Of a stretch of 64,000 nt of DNA, positions 12,443 through 25,305 are shown one piece after another (the stretch's first letter is position 1; each line of letters starts with the position of its first letter). Source of the DNA: Carcharhinus longimanus (taxonomy: Eukaryota); contig JASCQW010000032.1 of NCBI GenBank assembly GCA_030264375.1, positions 7,244,831-7,308,830 on the forward strand, written 5' to 3'. The notes under the pieces are model-generated. The model ran no database searches. It was not told the DNA's origin and saw only the letters and a program-made list of their open reading frames with translations. The position numbers and the translations under genes were made by a program.

Positions 12443-13419
12443 CTTATGTTCCAAAGAATTCTGAACTCAGGCTAAAGCTTATATCAACCAATCACTCCTC
12501 AGTGAAACCATCAGGGTAGACCGCCAACAGATCAAATCATTTCTCATCCACATTGATTGTTCAAAGTTTATTTTTCAAACTTAAGTGGATTGAATTATTT
12601 TCCACTCACAGCACTTGAGTTGAACTTCAATGTATTAACTATTCCTCATTTGGAAAGAAAAGAAAGACTTGCATTTGCACGTAGCTCATTTCAGGACATC
12701 CCAAAGCAGTTCACAATCAATGAAGTGCAATTAAAATATAGCCAGTTTAGTAGTATAGGAATTGTGCTGTCAATTTGCATAGCAAGGTCCCACAAATAGC
12801 AATGTGATAATGAGCAGACTACCTCTTGGTTAGTGATACTAGAGGGATGAATATTAGCTCAGACTCTGTGGGGAACTCCTCTAGCCCCCTTTCTATCTTT
12901 TTGTTGATGATTGCTTCCATCATTTTGTCAATAGTGTCGAAGTGATTTTCACAAATAATTGGATTAAATTTCATTGGTTTGTTGATTTTATGGATGGGAC
13001 AAATCTGTGAAACGATCTCTATTATTGCATGAAGCTAATGGCAAAAAAGCCAGTGGAATAACTTGATTAAAGGGGTGCCATGTGTTTGTATTGAGATTAA
13101 GTTTTGGTAGTTATTTCCAGTTTTCTCCTCATTTCCCTTGAAAGTGCTGACTCTTGCACAATACCTTGCCCTACCCACGCATGAGATTTCAAGCATTTAC
13201 CTGTTTGTCACTCACTGACAGCCTTCTAGAATTTCCTCCATGTGATCATTTGTTGTATTTGATATTGGGACACTAGCTTTTGTAGGATCTTTATTGGAAG
13301 CTGGGCTTGAAAACAGACATTTGTGTATCTACAGTTCAGTGCCAAACCTGATTGGCTTGCAGAGAGCAAGCAGCTGTTGCTGAAACTCTGCAACTCCAAA
13401 TGAAAATTTTGCACAACCA

Positions 13420-13640
13420 CTACTGTATAATACTGGAGTGCAGTATAGCCTGCACAGGTCAGGTCTGTCCCTGTGTAACACTGAGGTGCTGTACTAATGG
13501 ATACAGGTCTCACTAATACTGTGGTATGATAGTGTGACAGATCTGTCACTGTAAAACTGTGGTACAGTACTGATGGATATAGATCTGTCACTGTATAACA
13601 TTGGCACACAATCCTAATGGGTACAGGTCTGTCACTATCT
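13420..13640. repeat. Degenerate minisatellite with ~40-bp period
   Basis: Recurrent (g/a)tctgtcactgta(t/a)aac...gtac...atgg(a/g)tac motifs, about five copies; a related fragment lies at ~34870-34930. Confidence 0.6.
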
Positions 13641-15949
13641 TAAAGGTTGTTTGTCTAAGGAGCCCCACATGAAATCTTGGAGGGTAGTGATCAAGCAAGG
13701 GAACCCTGTGTTTTTTCTTCTCCTCCTTATCCCATTTGAAGTTTTGTCCAGTGGAGAGTAGCACAGACTCTAAATGCATCTTGGGACCTTTCTTGTTACT
13801 ATGGCTTAATGATAGAGCTAGGACTGTGCCTTTCTCCCTGGACTGGTGAAGTGGAGGAGAGGGGTGCTTGTTAGTGAGGAAGAGGGAGGGAGGAAATTGA
13901 GTATGAATGACGTAAAATAAGATTAAAGTAAGGTCAATTCCAGAAAATAAATAGAAAGCTAGTAAATAAGGAATGTCGAATATTGTTATCAGATATGGTA
14001 CCACAGAAGTTTCCGGTGAAGGATTTAGCTTGGCCTCTTTATATATATGATGTGGGTATGCCGGCGTTGGACTGGCGTAAACACAGTAAAAAGAATTTCA
14101 TTGTGTTAGATGACCAACATTTTTTCTGCCAGATACAGATCATTTTCCAACTATTGAAGTTTGAGCTGTAAGTGGTGGCTCCAGTCAACGATGGTCACAT
14201 GACTAGGAAATGGCAGCTTATGCATAGTAAAAGGCACATCAAAGAAGCCATTAATTTTAATTGAGCACAAAAGGGAACCTTGTTTTTCACTTGCCTCTTC
14301 AACTTTATATTCTATTTTTATCAATTTTCTTTGCTTCTCCCATCCCTATGCTAAGGTTTCCAATACAGTACCCTGAGCAACCCTACAAGTGCTCATTCTT
14401 CATGTATGAACCAAATTCTTCAGTGTTGGCAGACTGTTGAGTCACAAGTACATCACAATAAGACTTGATCCTGTACTTAGCCTGACGTCCACAGAAGCAT
14501 ATTTTCTAGCAATGCTCACGGGTTAATGATCATGAACAATAGCCTTTAATGATTCTTTCTCCTCTCCTTTGCCTCAGGGATAATAGGAAAATTGTAGTGC
14601 TTCTATGGTCTGGAAAATTGTCAACTAACTCGGTACAAATTAAAACTTAAATTTGATATCCATCTGATATCAAGCTAACTGGCTCCTGAAAAATATAAAG
14701 TAAAGTTGGACACAAGATGCATGTTGCCTACTCCTTTTTGCAAAGATGAATGGGTTCCTTTAAACATTCAGCAGGCTTGAGAAAAATCTTTAAATCACAA
14801 TTACTTTGTCTATCTAAAGTTACATGAAAAAAATCTCCCAAATTGTTGCAGAGAACAAAGGTTCACACTGGTGAAAGTCAAATTTAGGGCTAATGTCAGG
14901 AAATTGGTCTTTGAACAAGGAATCCCTTTTGTTCATGGACCAGTCTTCAGCTTTGAATTGGTCCATACAGTGCCTTCACTCAGTTTCCATCTATTGATTT
15001 AGCCAAATCCTGGACGACTGATAGGTGAAACCAGAGGAAGGTATTGGCGGTCCTTCCATCAGTAATATGGAGAAGTACCCGTCTTCAAACATACAGGTCT
15101 ATAAAAGTCGAGTGGGTAGAGGAAGTTGATCAGATGTTGACTTCAAATAAACCTTTGATGATAATAAGGAACTATGTCTTGTACATCCAGCACAATTTAC
15201 TGCATGGTATTATGGGGCACTTGCGCATTGAATGAAACACAAGATGGCAATGACATTCTGCCATGTCTCCAGTTACCACTGAATAGACTTCGGCACTGGA
15301 GCATAGAGTGTGCAATCAAGATCACAAAACAGATTTATACACTCACCTTTATCCTTCCAATCATGCGCAGTTTCTTGTTTATACCAAAATATTCTGTCTG
15401 TCAGGACTTACTAAAGTCCTTGTGCACGTCCAGTGAGAACCTTCATAACAGCTTGACCATAAAAGACAGCGCCCTGATGTTAGGTTAGTATAAGGGTTAT
15501 TCTGGGAATTGCCAATACTCCCGCCCTAATCCTGGTCATGTATCTGAATTCAGAATTCACTGGCTCAGTATTAGTTCTCTCGCATGGGCTCCAGCCCCAC
15601 TCCAGAGACTTAATTAATAATCTAGTGCTATAGTGCAGTAGTGCTACATTGTCAGATATACTGATCTTTGGCTGGAAAATAAAGTTTCCTCTTGAGTAGA
15701 CTTTAAAGATCTTGTGGCACAATTTGAAGAAGAGCAGGAGAATTTTCCTGATATGCTGGTTAACATTTATTCCGCAAGCAGCACTAAAAAATTGATAGCC
15801 TGATGGTTATTTTAATACTGTTTGTGGAGCCTTGCTGTGTGCAATTAGCTGCTGCTTTATAAAAGAAAATCGTTCTTGGAGTGTGGGCACCACTGGCTTG
15901 TCTAGATTTTTTGCAGTTTGTATGGTGAAAATGCTTCTCCCGCGCTCTT

Positions 15950-16990
15950 AAATAAGAGTTCCAGGATTTTGAATAATGACATATGTCCAAGTCAGGCTAT
16001 GGTGAGACTTGGACGGGAACTTTCCAATGGTGGTGTTTCCCATGGTCATGCTGTTATGTTGTCCTTCTCGATATTAGAGGTTGAGAGTTTGGACGTACTG
16101 CTGGAGAAGTTTTTGGTCATTGCTGCAGTACACCCTGTGGATCTTATGCACTATGGTTGTAGTGCATCTAAGGTAGAAGGAATGAATGTGCTGCTGATCA
16201 AGTGTTTTGTCCTCAGTAAGTGTTGAGCTTCCTGAGGGTTCTTGGAGATCCATTAATCCGACAAAGTGGACATTTCTTTGGTTTGTAGGTGGCGGAGCAA
16301 ATTTCAGAAGTCACAACTGAGCCACTTGCTACTTGTGGTGATGGTGACGCATTGAATGTCAAAGAAAATTGTTAGACTCTCTCTCTTGTTGGTCATTGTC
16401 TGGCACTTTCGTGTCAGGAGTATTACTCGTCATTTATAAGCTCTAGCCTAAATATTGTCCACACTTCTTGCATATGAGCATGAATTGATTCATTATCTGT
16501 GGAATTGTTAATGAAATGCAACACTGCAATCATCCGTCTACAGTCCCCCATCTGCCCATCAGATGTTAACTGAGAACACAGTTAAAAATAGTTGATCTAA
16601 GGACATTGCCCTGAGGAACTCGTACAACGATGTCCCAGACTGAGATGATTGATCTCCATCAATCTCAACCGTTTTCCTTTGTGCCATCTATGACCAAGTG
16701 GAGAATTGTTGCCCTGATTCCTGTTGGCTTTGGCTTTACTAAGGCTGTCTGGTGCCATATTTGGTCAAATGCTGCTTTGGTAGCAAGATAATCGCTCTCA
16801 CCACACCTCTGGAAATCAGCTCTGTGTCCATGTTTGGGCCAAGGCTGTATTGAGATCTGGAATCAAGTGTTTCTGATAGAATCCAAACGCAGCAATGGTG
16901 AGCATGTTATTGGTGAGTAAGTTTTCTAGCATTCTTGATCACTCTTTCCATTGCTTTCAAGTGATTGAGAATAAGTTTATTGGACAGTAA
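15950..16990 (-). mobile_element. Old CR1-type LINE fragment (same family as ~22340-22880)
   Basis: Shares ccaggattttga..., tgttgagcttc.tgag and ttggtcaaatgctgctttg (RT AAFD-like motif on -) with the 22340 copy or with CR1 RT. Confidence 0.6.
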
Positions 16991-17249
16991 TTTAAATCAG
17001 TTTGCATATTGAAGGGTGATTCTACCTCACTCATTTAACTGTGCGTTTCAAATCAGTAGTTTCACTGCATCTGTTTCTGGTTATGAAGCAGAGTCCTTCC
17101 TGTAGGAGAATCTATTTTTAAATACCCAGTGCCAGATTTTCTTTGTCCACTCATAAGTCTGTCACTTGTTAGGACACAATTCTAATAGTGGCAGAAACCC
17201 CACAGTAAAGGAGTTGATCATCATACTGGGCTTATATATTGTACACCTA

Positions 17250-17645
17250 TCGATAGGTTGAGGGAGCTAGGTCTTTTCTCCCTGGAGAGACGAAGGATGA
17301 GAGGCAACCTGATAGAGGTTTATAAGATGTTGAGAGGTATAGATAGGGTGGATTCTCAGAGGTTATTTCCCAGGGCTGAAATGGTCGCTATGAGAGGACA
17401 CAGGTTTAAGGTGCTGGGGAGCAGGTACAGAGGAGATGTCNNNNNNNNNNNNNNNNNNNNNNNNNNNNNNNNNNNNNNNNNNNNNNNNNNNNNNNNNNNN
17501 NNNNNNNNNNNNNNNNNGAGACTTCTGGATGAGTACATGGGATTTAATGGGATTGAGGGTTATAGATAGGCCTGGTAGGTAGGGATATGATCGGAGCAAC
17601 TTGTGGGCCGAAGGGCCTGTTGTGCTGTAGTGTTCTATGTTCTAT
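17250..17645 (+). mobile_element. Young CR1 LINE 3' end (spans a gap)
   Basis: ELGLFSLERRRMRGNLIEVYKMLRGIDRVD is a typical CR1 ORF2 C-terminus; tail gtgggccgaagggcctgtt...ttctatgttcta. Confidence 0.9.
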
Positions 17646-18805
17646 TATTATACTGGGGTGATGTTACAGCTGCTATCTTCCACATACTGAGCAGTGGTCA
17701 GGAGATAAGTCTCCGCTGCTCTTTAGGCCAGTTTAATTACCTGAGAATAGCACAGGGATCAGGACAGGTTCTGCAGGTCCACGTGACTCTGTCACAGTGT
17801 CACGATTAACTGACCCACCAGGCCTGCTCTGCGTTTAATGGGAAATAGATTAACGCTTTGAAACAGAAGCTCATTTTGTGAAGGAATACTACTTGGTTAT
17901 TCATAGGAAATACAGTAAAGAAAGAACCTGCATTTATATGTCGCCTTTCATGATTTGTAATGTAAGAAGCACAACAACCAATTTGTGGCCAGACAGGTCT
18001 GGATCATCTGTTTAATTAACAAAATTGATTAGTATTAGCTAGGACAGTTGGAAAACTATCCTGCTGTCCTTTGAATATGTCACAGTTTTTAAACATCCCC
18101 CTGAGAAGGTAGACAGAATCTCAATTTAATCTCATCTGAAAGGTGGCATTCCCTCATTTGAGCTGTGGATTATGTAATAGAACACTGTCTAATAATGAAC
18201 TGAATAATAAAGTAAACATTAATTTCCTACCAAAACAGTCTTCAAACAGCATCAAAGACTAGAACAAATCCCACCACCATTCTTTCTCATGCTTCTGAAA
18301 GCCAGGTGTTGTGAAAAAAAGTATGCAAAATATTTGAAGTGAACCAGAATTCCCAATTCTGCACTATGGACAATATAATTAAAGAAGCATTTAAGCTTGC
18401 TGCACTACCTCTGGCTGTAAATCCCTTAAAGAACCTACTGCTTTGTTCTTTCTTTCAGCATTATTTGTAATAGTAAATGTAAAATATTACCAGTCAGGCA
18501 TCCCAGGTTTAGTTCCTAGTCTGTGATTAACATTACAATGCTTTGGTTTTAGTGCGATTTTCCTTATACAGTTGTAAGGACTTCACGTCAACAATGTAAT
18601 ATGGTAGATTTTTTTCCCACTCTACAGTGATCAATGAGACACCTAGTGGTTGCAACCCTTGCTGCTTAAACAAGCTGATTCAATGCCAAAATGCACCTCA
18701 AATGCGGACCTTCCAGCTGAGATGGCTTCGTATCAATCAGGGATATTTTTAATGTAAATCTGGTATTGGATCTGAGAGGCATACTGTTAGCACTGTGACC
18801 CGGAG

Positions 18806-19086
18806 TTTAAAGTTTATTTATTAGTGTCACAAGTAAGCTTAATGCAATGAAATTACTGTGAAAATCCCTTAATCATTGCATTCCGGCACTGTTCTGGTAC
18901 ACTGAGGGAGAATATAGCATGGCCCATGCACCTAACCAGCGTGTCTTTTGGACTGTGGGAGGAAACTGGAGCACCCAGAGGAAGCTCACGCAGACACGGG
19001 GAGAACATGCAGGCTCCACACAGACAGTGATCCAAGCTGGGAATCGAACCTGGATCCCTAGCTCTAAGGCAGCAGTGCTTACCACT
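18806..19086 (-). mobile_element. V-SINE-like SINE with an alternative 3' tail
   Basis: Same core (ggaggaaactggagcacccagaggaa) as the HE1 copies, but the tail reads tttatttattagtgtcacaagtaagctt... Confidence 0.75.
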
Positions 19087-19812
19087 GGACAAGTGGTTTG
19101 CAAAGCATGTTGTTTTAATAACAGGCCAGACTAGCTGTTACCCTCAGTGAGATGTATATTATTTTACGTGGTTGTAATTGGATTAATGTGATGCCCACGT
19201 GAAATGCTCATACTTTGTTCACTTGAAATATGAAGAAACAATTGGTAGATTCTGATTTTCCGAAACTTTGGTGTATTTAAAGCGAACACTTGAGTTACGT
19301 ATCATTAGGGTGGATGGAGTTCTGTTAGAACTGACAAACTGAATACAAGCCACCTTGGTTCAGTTAATAGCACCCTGATTTGATGTGCAGCATTATCTTA
19401 AGTGATGCTCTTTGGAAACTCTGCTCCTCTCACCTGTTTGGATAGTTACAGTGGGAATCATTGAACTTGGGGCAGCACTATTCAAAGAGCAGGCAGCCTT
19501 TATGGTGTCCTGGAGAACATTTTCTTCTCAACCAACACCACCAAAAACAATTCATCTCTTACTGCTGTTAGTGGAATTTTGTGATCTGAAAATGTTTGCT
19601 GCGCTATTACTGTTATTGTAATAGTATAAAATGTCATTCATGGGATGTTAAGTACTTTAGAACATTTGAGAGCTCTTAGTCAGGTGCAAGGTTAACAAAT
19701 ACAATTCTGCTTTTCTTATTGGTACATTAAAGTATTTTTTATATAGTATATTGGTATCAATCAACTAACTGAAATGTGTAACAACACTGAAGTTTATGTT
19801 TCTGTCTTCTAG

Positions 19813-19923
19813 ATATTTGGAGACCGCATTATAAGGAGGAGACAATTGTAATTGCTTTGGCATCGGTTTCTGTCGTAGCTGTCCTGATTGCAGCTTTCTT
19901 CTTTGGGTATAGAATGCTTGCAG
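19813..19923 (+). CDS. BMPR2: BMPR2 exon equivalent to human exon 4 (juxtamembrane + transmembrane helix)
   Basis: ttctag|...GCAG|gtgagt; 111 nt, phase 1/1; encodes [36 protein letters not shown], matching the BMPR2 TM segment ([27 protein letters not shown]). Not in the ORF track. Confidence 0.95.
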
Positions 19924-20817
19924 GTGAGTGTCTGCAATTAAGTTTGCCTTCATTCCTTTTAGTTTAAAGATAATTCAAAGCTTTCATTCACTCACCTCTC
20001 CACCGAAAACTGTGAGCATAACAGTTCTTTCCTTTTTGAGTTTCTTTTTCGCTGCCTACCTAGGCTCCATTCATCTGGTTTCTCACTGATTCCACAGGCA
20101 CCAGCAATTGCCAGTATCCTGCCCGTGTAACCATTCTTCACACAAGTGTCAACAGATTTTATTTTTAATCATGCTGTTGTCACAGCTGAGCTACATCTTG
20201 TCCTCACTCAAGCCGTGTATGCAAAGTATAAGCAGAAAATGCTAGAATTCCTGGCAGGTCTGTCAAGAAGCAAAAGTCACTCAGTTAATGTTTCAGGTCC
20301 AAGAACTTCCCTCAGGATTGGAAGATATTGCAGATAAACAGCATTTAAAAAAGATCAGAATAAGAGAAAGAAAGGAAAAAAGAAAAGACATATGGCCCCA
20401 AGTTCCCTGTCAGATGCCATTTTAATTGCCGATGGCAGCTTCCTGTGCCCCTTAGATAGTGACTTTTACTCCTGTACAATTACCTTCCCATGTTGCACCC
20501 AACTAACTTTTGCTAGATGTAAACTGTGTCAGCAGGCAACTTGCTAGTTAAGGATATCTCACCCTATGCCCACAAACAGTAACTTTGCAGTGACAAATAC
20601 TGGATAATGACTCAGAGCAGGAGATTCAGGAAATGTATTCCCTCCCTCTTCCTTGGCCAATTGTACCACGCCCAACAGTTAAAGCACAAGGTAATTGAAT
20701 ATGAGACCTTTGTGTCTACATGTCCTAGTGACACCTTTGGCATGCATTAATCCAGTGAGTCATTGGAAGAGTTTACTTTTTGAATGTAACAATAGCATGT
20801 TGAATTAAATAGGGAGT

Positions 20818-21080
20818 TACATAAGAACATAAGAAATAGGAGCAGGAGTAGGCCATCTAGCCCTTCGAGCCTGCCCCGCCATTCAATANNNNNNNNNNNN
20901 NNNNNNNNNNNNNNNNNNNNNNNNNNNNNNNNNNNNNNNNNNNNNNNNNNNNNNNNNNNNNNNNNNNNNNNNNNNNNNNNNNNNNNNNGGCTCTCCTCTA
21001 TCCACCACCCTAGACACATCCTCATAGAACTCCAATAAATTTGTCAGACACGACTTCCCCTTAATGAAACCGTGTTACGT
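20818..21080 (-). mobile_element. CR1 LINE fragment (spans a gap)
   Basis: cataagaacataagaaataggagcaggagtaggccatc tail, identical to 29001-29040; RT HGF-like segment after the gap. Confidence 0.8.
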
Positions 21081-23029
21081 TTCCACGTTACCATGTGGAA
21101 AGGTATAATTCAACCCAATCAGTTGTATTGATTGGGACTATTCACAATCATATATACCCATCATTTCCTCCCTATTCTTTAAGCCAATTTTCCTTCACAA
21201 ACCTATCCAATCCAATCTAATCTTGAATGTTGACAATTTCTGCTTCAACTGTGAGCCCTCAGAGTGAATTCCACATCTTTAAAACTGAGAGAGAAGTGGC
21301 TTTCTCCTGCCTCCTGTTTCAAATCTCTCCTATTTAATCTTGAATCTGTGATTTCTTATTCCAGCCTCATCAGGGAAGAGTCTGCTTCGAACTACCCCCT
21401 AACTATCTCATATTGCCCCACCAATCTGTGATGTTCTGAGTTATAATGTATTTCCACATAGCAGACATGCTATGATTCTATGTTGTTCTGTTGCTAAAGT
21501 TTCATTATCTTCCAGTGTGGAGCCCGGTACTAAACATAGCATTCGGTAATTAAGGTCTGTTTAAAGCTTTATAAAGGATCATTATTACCTTGTAATCTTT
21601 ATATTCTATACCTCTTATGATAAAACCTGCCTATTAACCTGAGCTGTTAACTTTAATGTTCCATGAGTTTGTGGCCTCAAACCCCTTTGCTGTTCCATGG
21701 CAGAAGCCTCTTCCGTTGTAAGTAACAAAAATTTTGATGAAAGATTGGTGACCTTGGACCATGTACTCTGTTTCCCTCTCCACAAGCACCGGCTGATCTG
21801 CTGAATATTTCTAGCAAATTTGGATTTTATTTGGTTAAGAATATAACTGGATAACTACTATTTTAAAATAAAATAAATTACTTCACATTTACTGATTTTT
21901 CAATTTTATCTGCCACATTTTAACCAATTTCCCCAATTCATTACTTTGAACTTCTGAAGAATTTAATTTACCCCCTATTTTGGCATCATCTGCATATTGT
22001 TGCATCATTTCCTCTAGGCCTTATGTAAATTATTCTCCCAGTGAACAGAGCCAATCATTGAATTGAATTGTGTAGAATGCTCAGAAAAGCTGTCCATTAA
22101 TGAAAGGGTGGTGAGTTGAATAGCAAGTAGCAAATGCATTTCGTTAATATTCAAAATGAAAGCTGAGTTTTTGCTTAAGCGCAAAGAAATATCTTGGACC
22201 AAAATCAATGGCGAGAAAGAAGAAACACTTCCATCTTGCTACACTCCCATCTAGTGGTCAAATTACATATTTTGATCAAGAGCTGTGGTTTGGGACCAGC
22301 TAGATGTAGCATGGTTATCATATTAATTTTTAAAGTTCTTTCATGGGAAGTAAGTGTCACTGACTAGGCCAGCATTTATTGCCCATCCTGAATTGCTCTT
22401 GAGATGATGGTGGTGAGCCTTCTTGAACCATGGTGGTTCAACTGTGGTTCGACTAAAGGAGTTCCAGGATTTTGACCCAGTGTAGGAACAGTGGTATAGT
22501 TCTAGGTTAGGATGATAGGTGGCTTGAGGAGAACTTGCAGGTGGTAGTGCTTCTATGCATCTGCTACCCTTGTCCATCTTGATGGTAAAGATGATTGGTT
22601 TGTTGATAGAGCCATGGTGAGGTCCAGCAGTACGTTTTGTAGATCGTACCCATTGCTGTAACTGTTTGTCAATGGTGGAGGGAGTGAATGTTGAAGGTGG
22701 TGGATGGGGTGACAATCAAGCAGGCTGTTTTGACCTGGCTGGTGTTGAGCTTCTTGAGCGTTGCTGGAGTTTTAAGCATCCATCACACTCCTGACCTGTG
22801 TCTTGTAAATGGTGAACAAGCTTTGGGAGTTGAGAGATGAATTACTTGTTCCAGAATTTCCAGCTTCTGTCTTGGAAGACATAATTTAGCCATACAATTA
22901 AGAATGTATCAGATTCAGATTGTTGCCTAAAAATGATTTGGCTTACTTGTTAAGGAAGTAGTTTGAAGAGGTGAAATTGACCTGTTCATAGAACAGTAGG
23001 TGCTGTTTGGTTTCTCTTGTCAGAACCCC

Positions 23030-24460
23030 CAAACAATGAGAAACTTATAATACAGGGAAATCAGGGGACTAAAAACCAGCTAGCCTAGCATTTGCTGTTA
23101 GGAAATTGCTAACGTCTATGATTAAGGATAGAATTACTTGTAAATTTTCAGTTTGTCAGAGAGACAGCATGAATTTGTAAGGAGTAAGTCATGCTTGATA
23201 AAACTGATTTAATTTTTTTGAAGAGGTGATTAAAGTAATACTGAAAGGAATGTCTATGGGTGTGATTTTGTTGGAATAATGTTGTTTAAAGTCTTTCATA
23301 AGAGACTATTAACTAAAATTGAAGCTCATGGAACTGAAGGCAAGGTATTGACCTGGTTTGGGAAGTTGGATGAGTGACGAAGACAGAGTGTAGGGATAAT
23401 GGGTAGATACTACGTGTCACATTCTGCCAGTTAAGAGTATCTGACAGGGATATGTGTTGAGGGCTCAATTATTCACCATATTTATTAACAACTGAGATGA
23501 TGGAATAGGAATCCATATATCCAAATTGGCTGATGACACAAAGATAAATAGCATTTTAAGCAGTGGAGATAGAAACATAAAATTACAAAAAGACATTGAT
23601 AGATTAACTGAATGGGCAAAACTAACAAATAGATTTCAATGTAGGCAAATGTGAGGAGATCCAGTTTGGACCCAACAAGGATAGAAAGGGTATTTTATAA
23701 ATGGTGAAAAGCTTAAGATAGTGGAAGTCTAGGGAGACTTGGGTATCCATCTACATAGATCATTAAAATGTCATAAACAGGTACAGAAAATGATNNNNNN
23801 NNNNNNNNNNNNNNNNNNNNNNNNNNNNNNNNNNNNNNNNNNNNNNNNNNNNNNNNNNNNNNNNNNNNNNNNNNNNNNNNNNNNNNNNNNNNNNATGATC
23901 AGAAAGCCTAAAGAAGAGATACTTCAGCTATTAAAAGCCTTGGTTAGACCACAACTGTGGTACAGCGAACACTTTTGGGCCCCACACCTTAGGAAGAATA
24001 TATCGTAGGATTGTAAATTTATCAGAATGTTATCTGGACTCCACAGGTTAAATTACAAAAAAACAGGGTTATATTCCCTGGAAATCTAACAATGTTAAGG
24101 GGAACAAATCGGAGTAGGTAAATAGAAACTATTTCTGCTAGTTGTGGGGCTGTAGGACTAGGGGGCACAGTCTAAAAATTAGACACTGATCTTTCAGTTA
24201 TGAAATTAGGAAACACTTCTTCAACCAAAGGGTACTGGTAGTTTGGAATTCTATTTGCCAAATGGCAGTTAAAGCCAACAGTTAATTGTTAGTTTTAAAC
24301 ATTAGCTGGATGGATTTTTGTTAACCAGGGGTACAGTGTGAAGAAACTTGGGGCACTAACCGATACATGGAGTTGGTTTGAAGGTCAGCCAACAAGGCAG
24401 TGAATGGCAGAACAGGTTCAAGGAGGTAAATGGCTGACTCCTATTCCTACATTGTAATCC
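23030..24460 (+). mobile_element. Degraded CR1 LINE ORF2 (RT) to 3' end
   Basis: KSCL..NL, LFTIFIN, SKLADDTKI and KALVRPQL motifs, broken by stops and frameshifts. Confidence 0.85.
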
Positions 24461-24992
24461 TTTGCATCTTTGAGATTTGCATATGCCAACCAGGAAAATG
24501 ACCAAACATGACAACTCTGCACAAGGCCTGAAGGGAAAGATGCTAGATGAGGTAAAAGACTCTCACTTTCTGGAGGCCATTTCTTCCTGCACTGCCTGAC
24601 TGTATATCCATCCTTGGGATTTTTAATAGAGCTGCCCCTTGTTAGCACACTTCAGCCTGTCATTAGTATCAGGGGGGAAGGGAGGTGGTAAGGGGACTCG
24701 GTAACATGGGAGGGAGGGGGAGGCCGAATCTGGTCCGTGGGGGCTCATGTGGAGTATAAATATTGAAATAATAGACAAATATTGTGGTATGTTTGTATGC
24801 GTTAGATTTCATACCGTTCTTTGTAAAGGATATTGAGAAAACGTGAAAGTAAATATATGGTCTCTGTGAATTTTGTATTCATTAACTTTAGTGATAGTAG
24901 TAATGGTAAATGGAACACATTCCAGTAAAGACACTTAATGTTAACATAAAGCATGAATAGCATTAAATATAACTCATTTTACTCAACTTTAG

Positions 24993-25305
24993 AAGAATCA
25001 TAGAATCCCTACAGTGCAGAAGGAAGCCATTCGGCACATCAAGTCTGCACCAACTGCAGTCCCATCCAAGCCCTATCCCCATAACCCTGCTTATTTATCC
25101 TGACACTAAGGAGCAATTTATCACGGCCATACAAGCCTACGCGCATATCTTTGAACAATGGGAGGAAAGTGGAGCACTCAGAGGAAACCCACGCAGATAC
25201 AAGGAGAACATGCAAACTCCATATAGACAGTGACACAAGCCGGGAATCAAACCCGAGTCCTTGATGCTGTGAGTCAGCAGTGCTAACCACTGTGCCACCG
25301 TGTGG
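24993..25305 (-). mobile_element. HE1/V-SINE-like SINE
   Basis: gaatcatagaatccctacagtgcagaagg tail; cagtgctaaccactgtgccaccgtg head. Confidence 0.88.

Noticed and set aside
18628-18755. Strong acceptor (tttttcccactctacag) followed by a Cys-containing frame
   Set aside because: No similarity to the BMPR2 ectodomain, and the frame hits a stop without a convincing donor.
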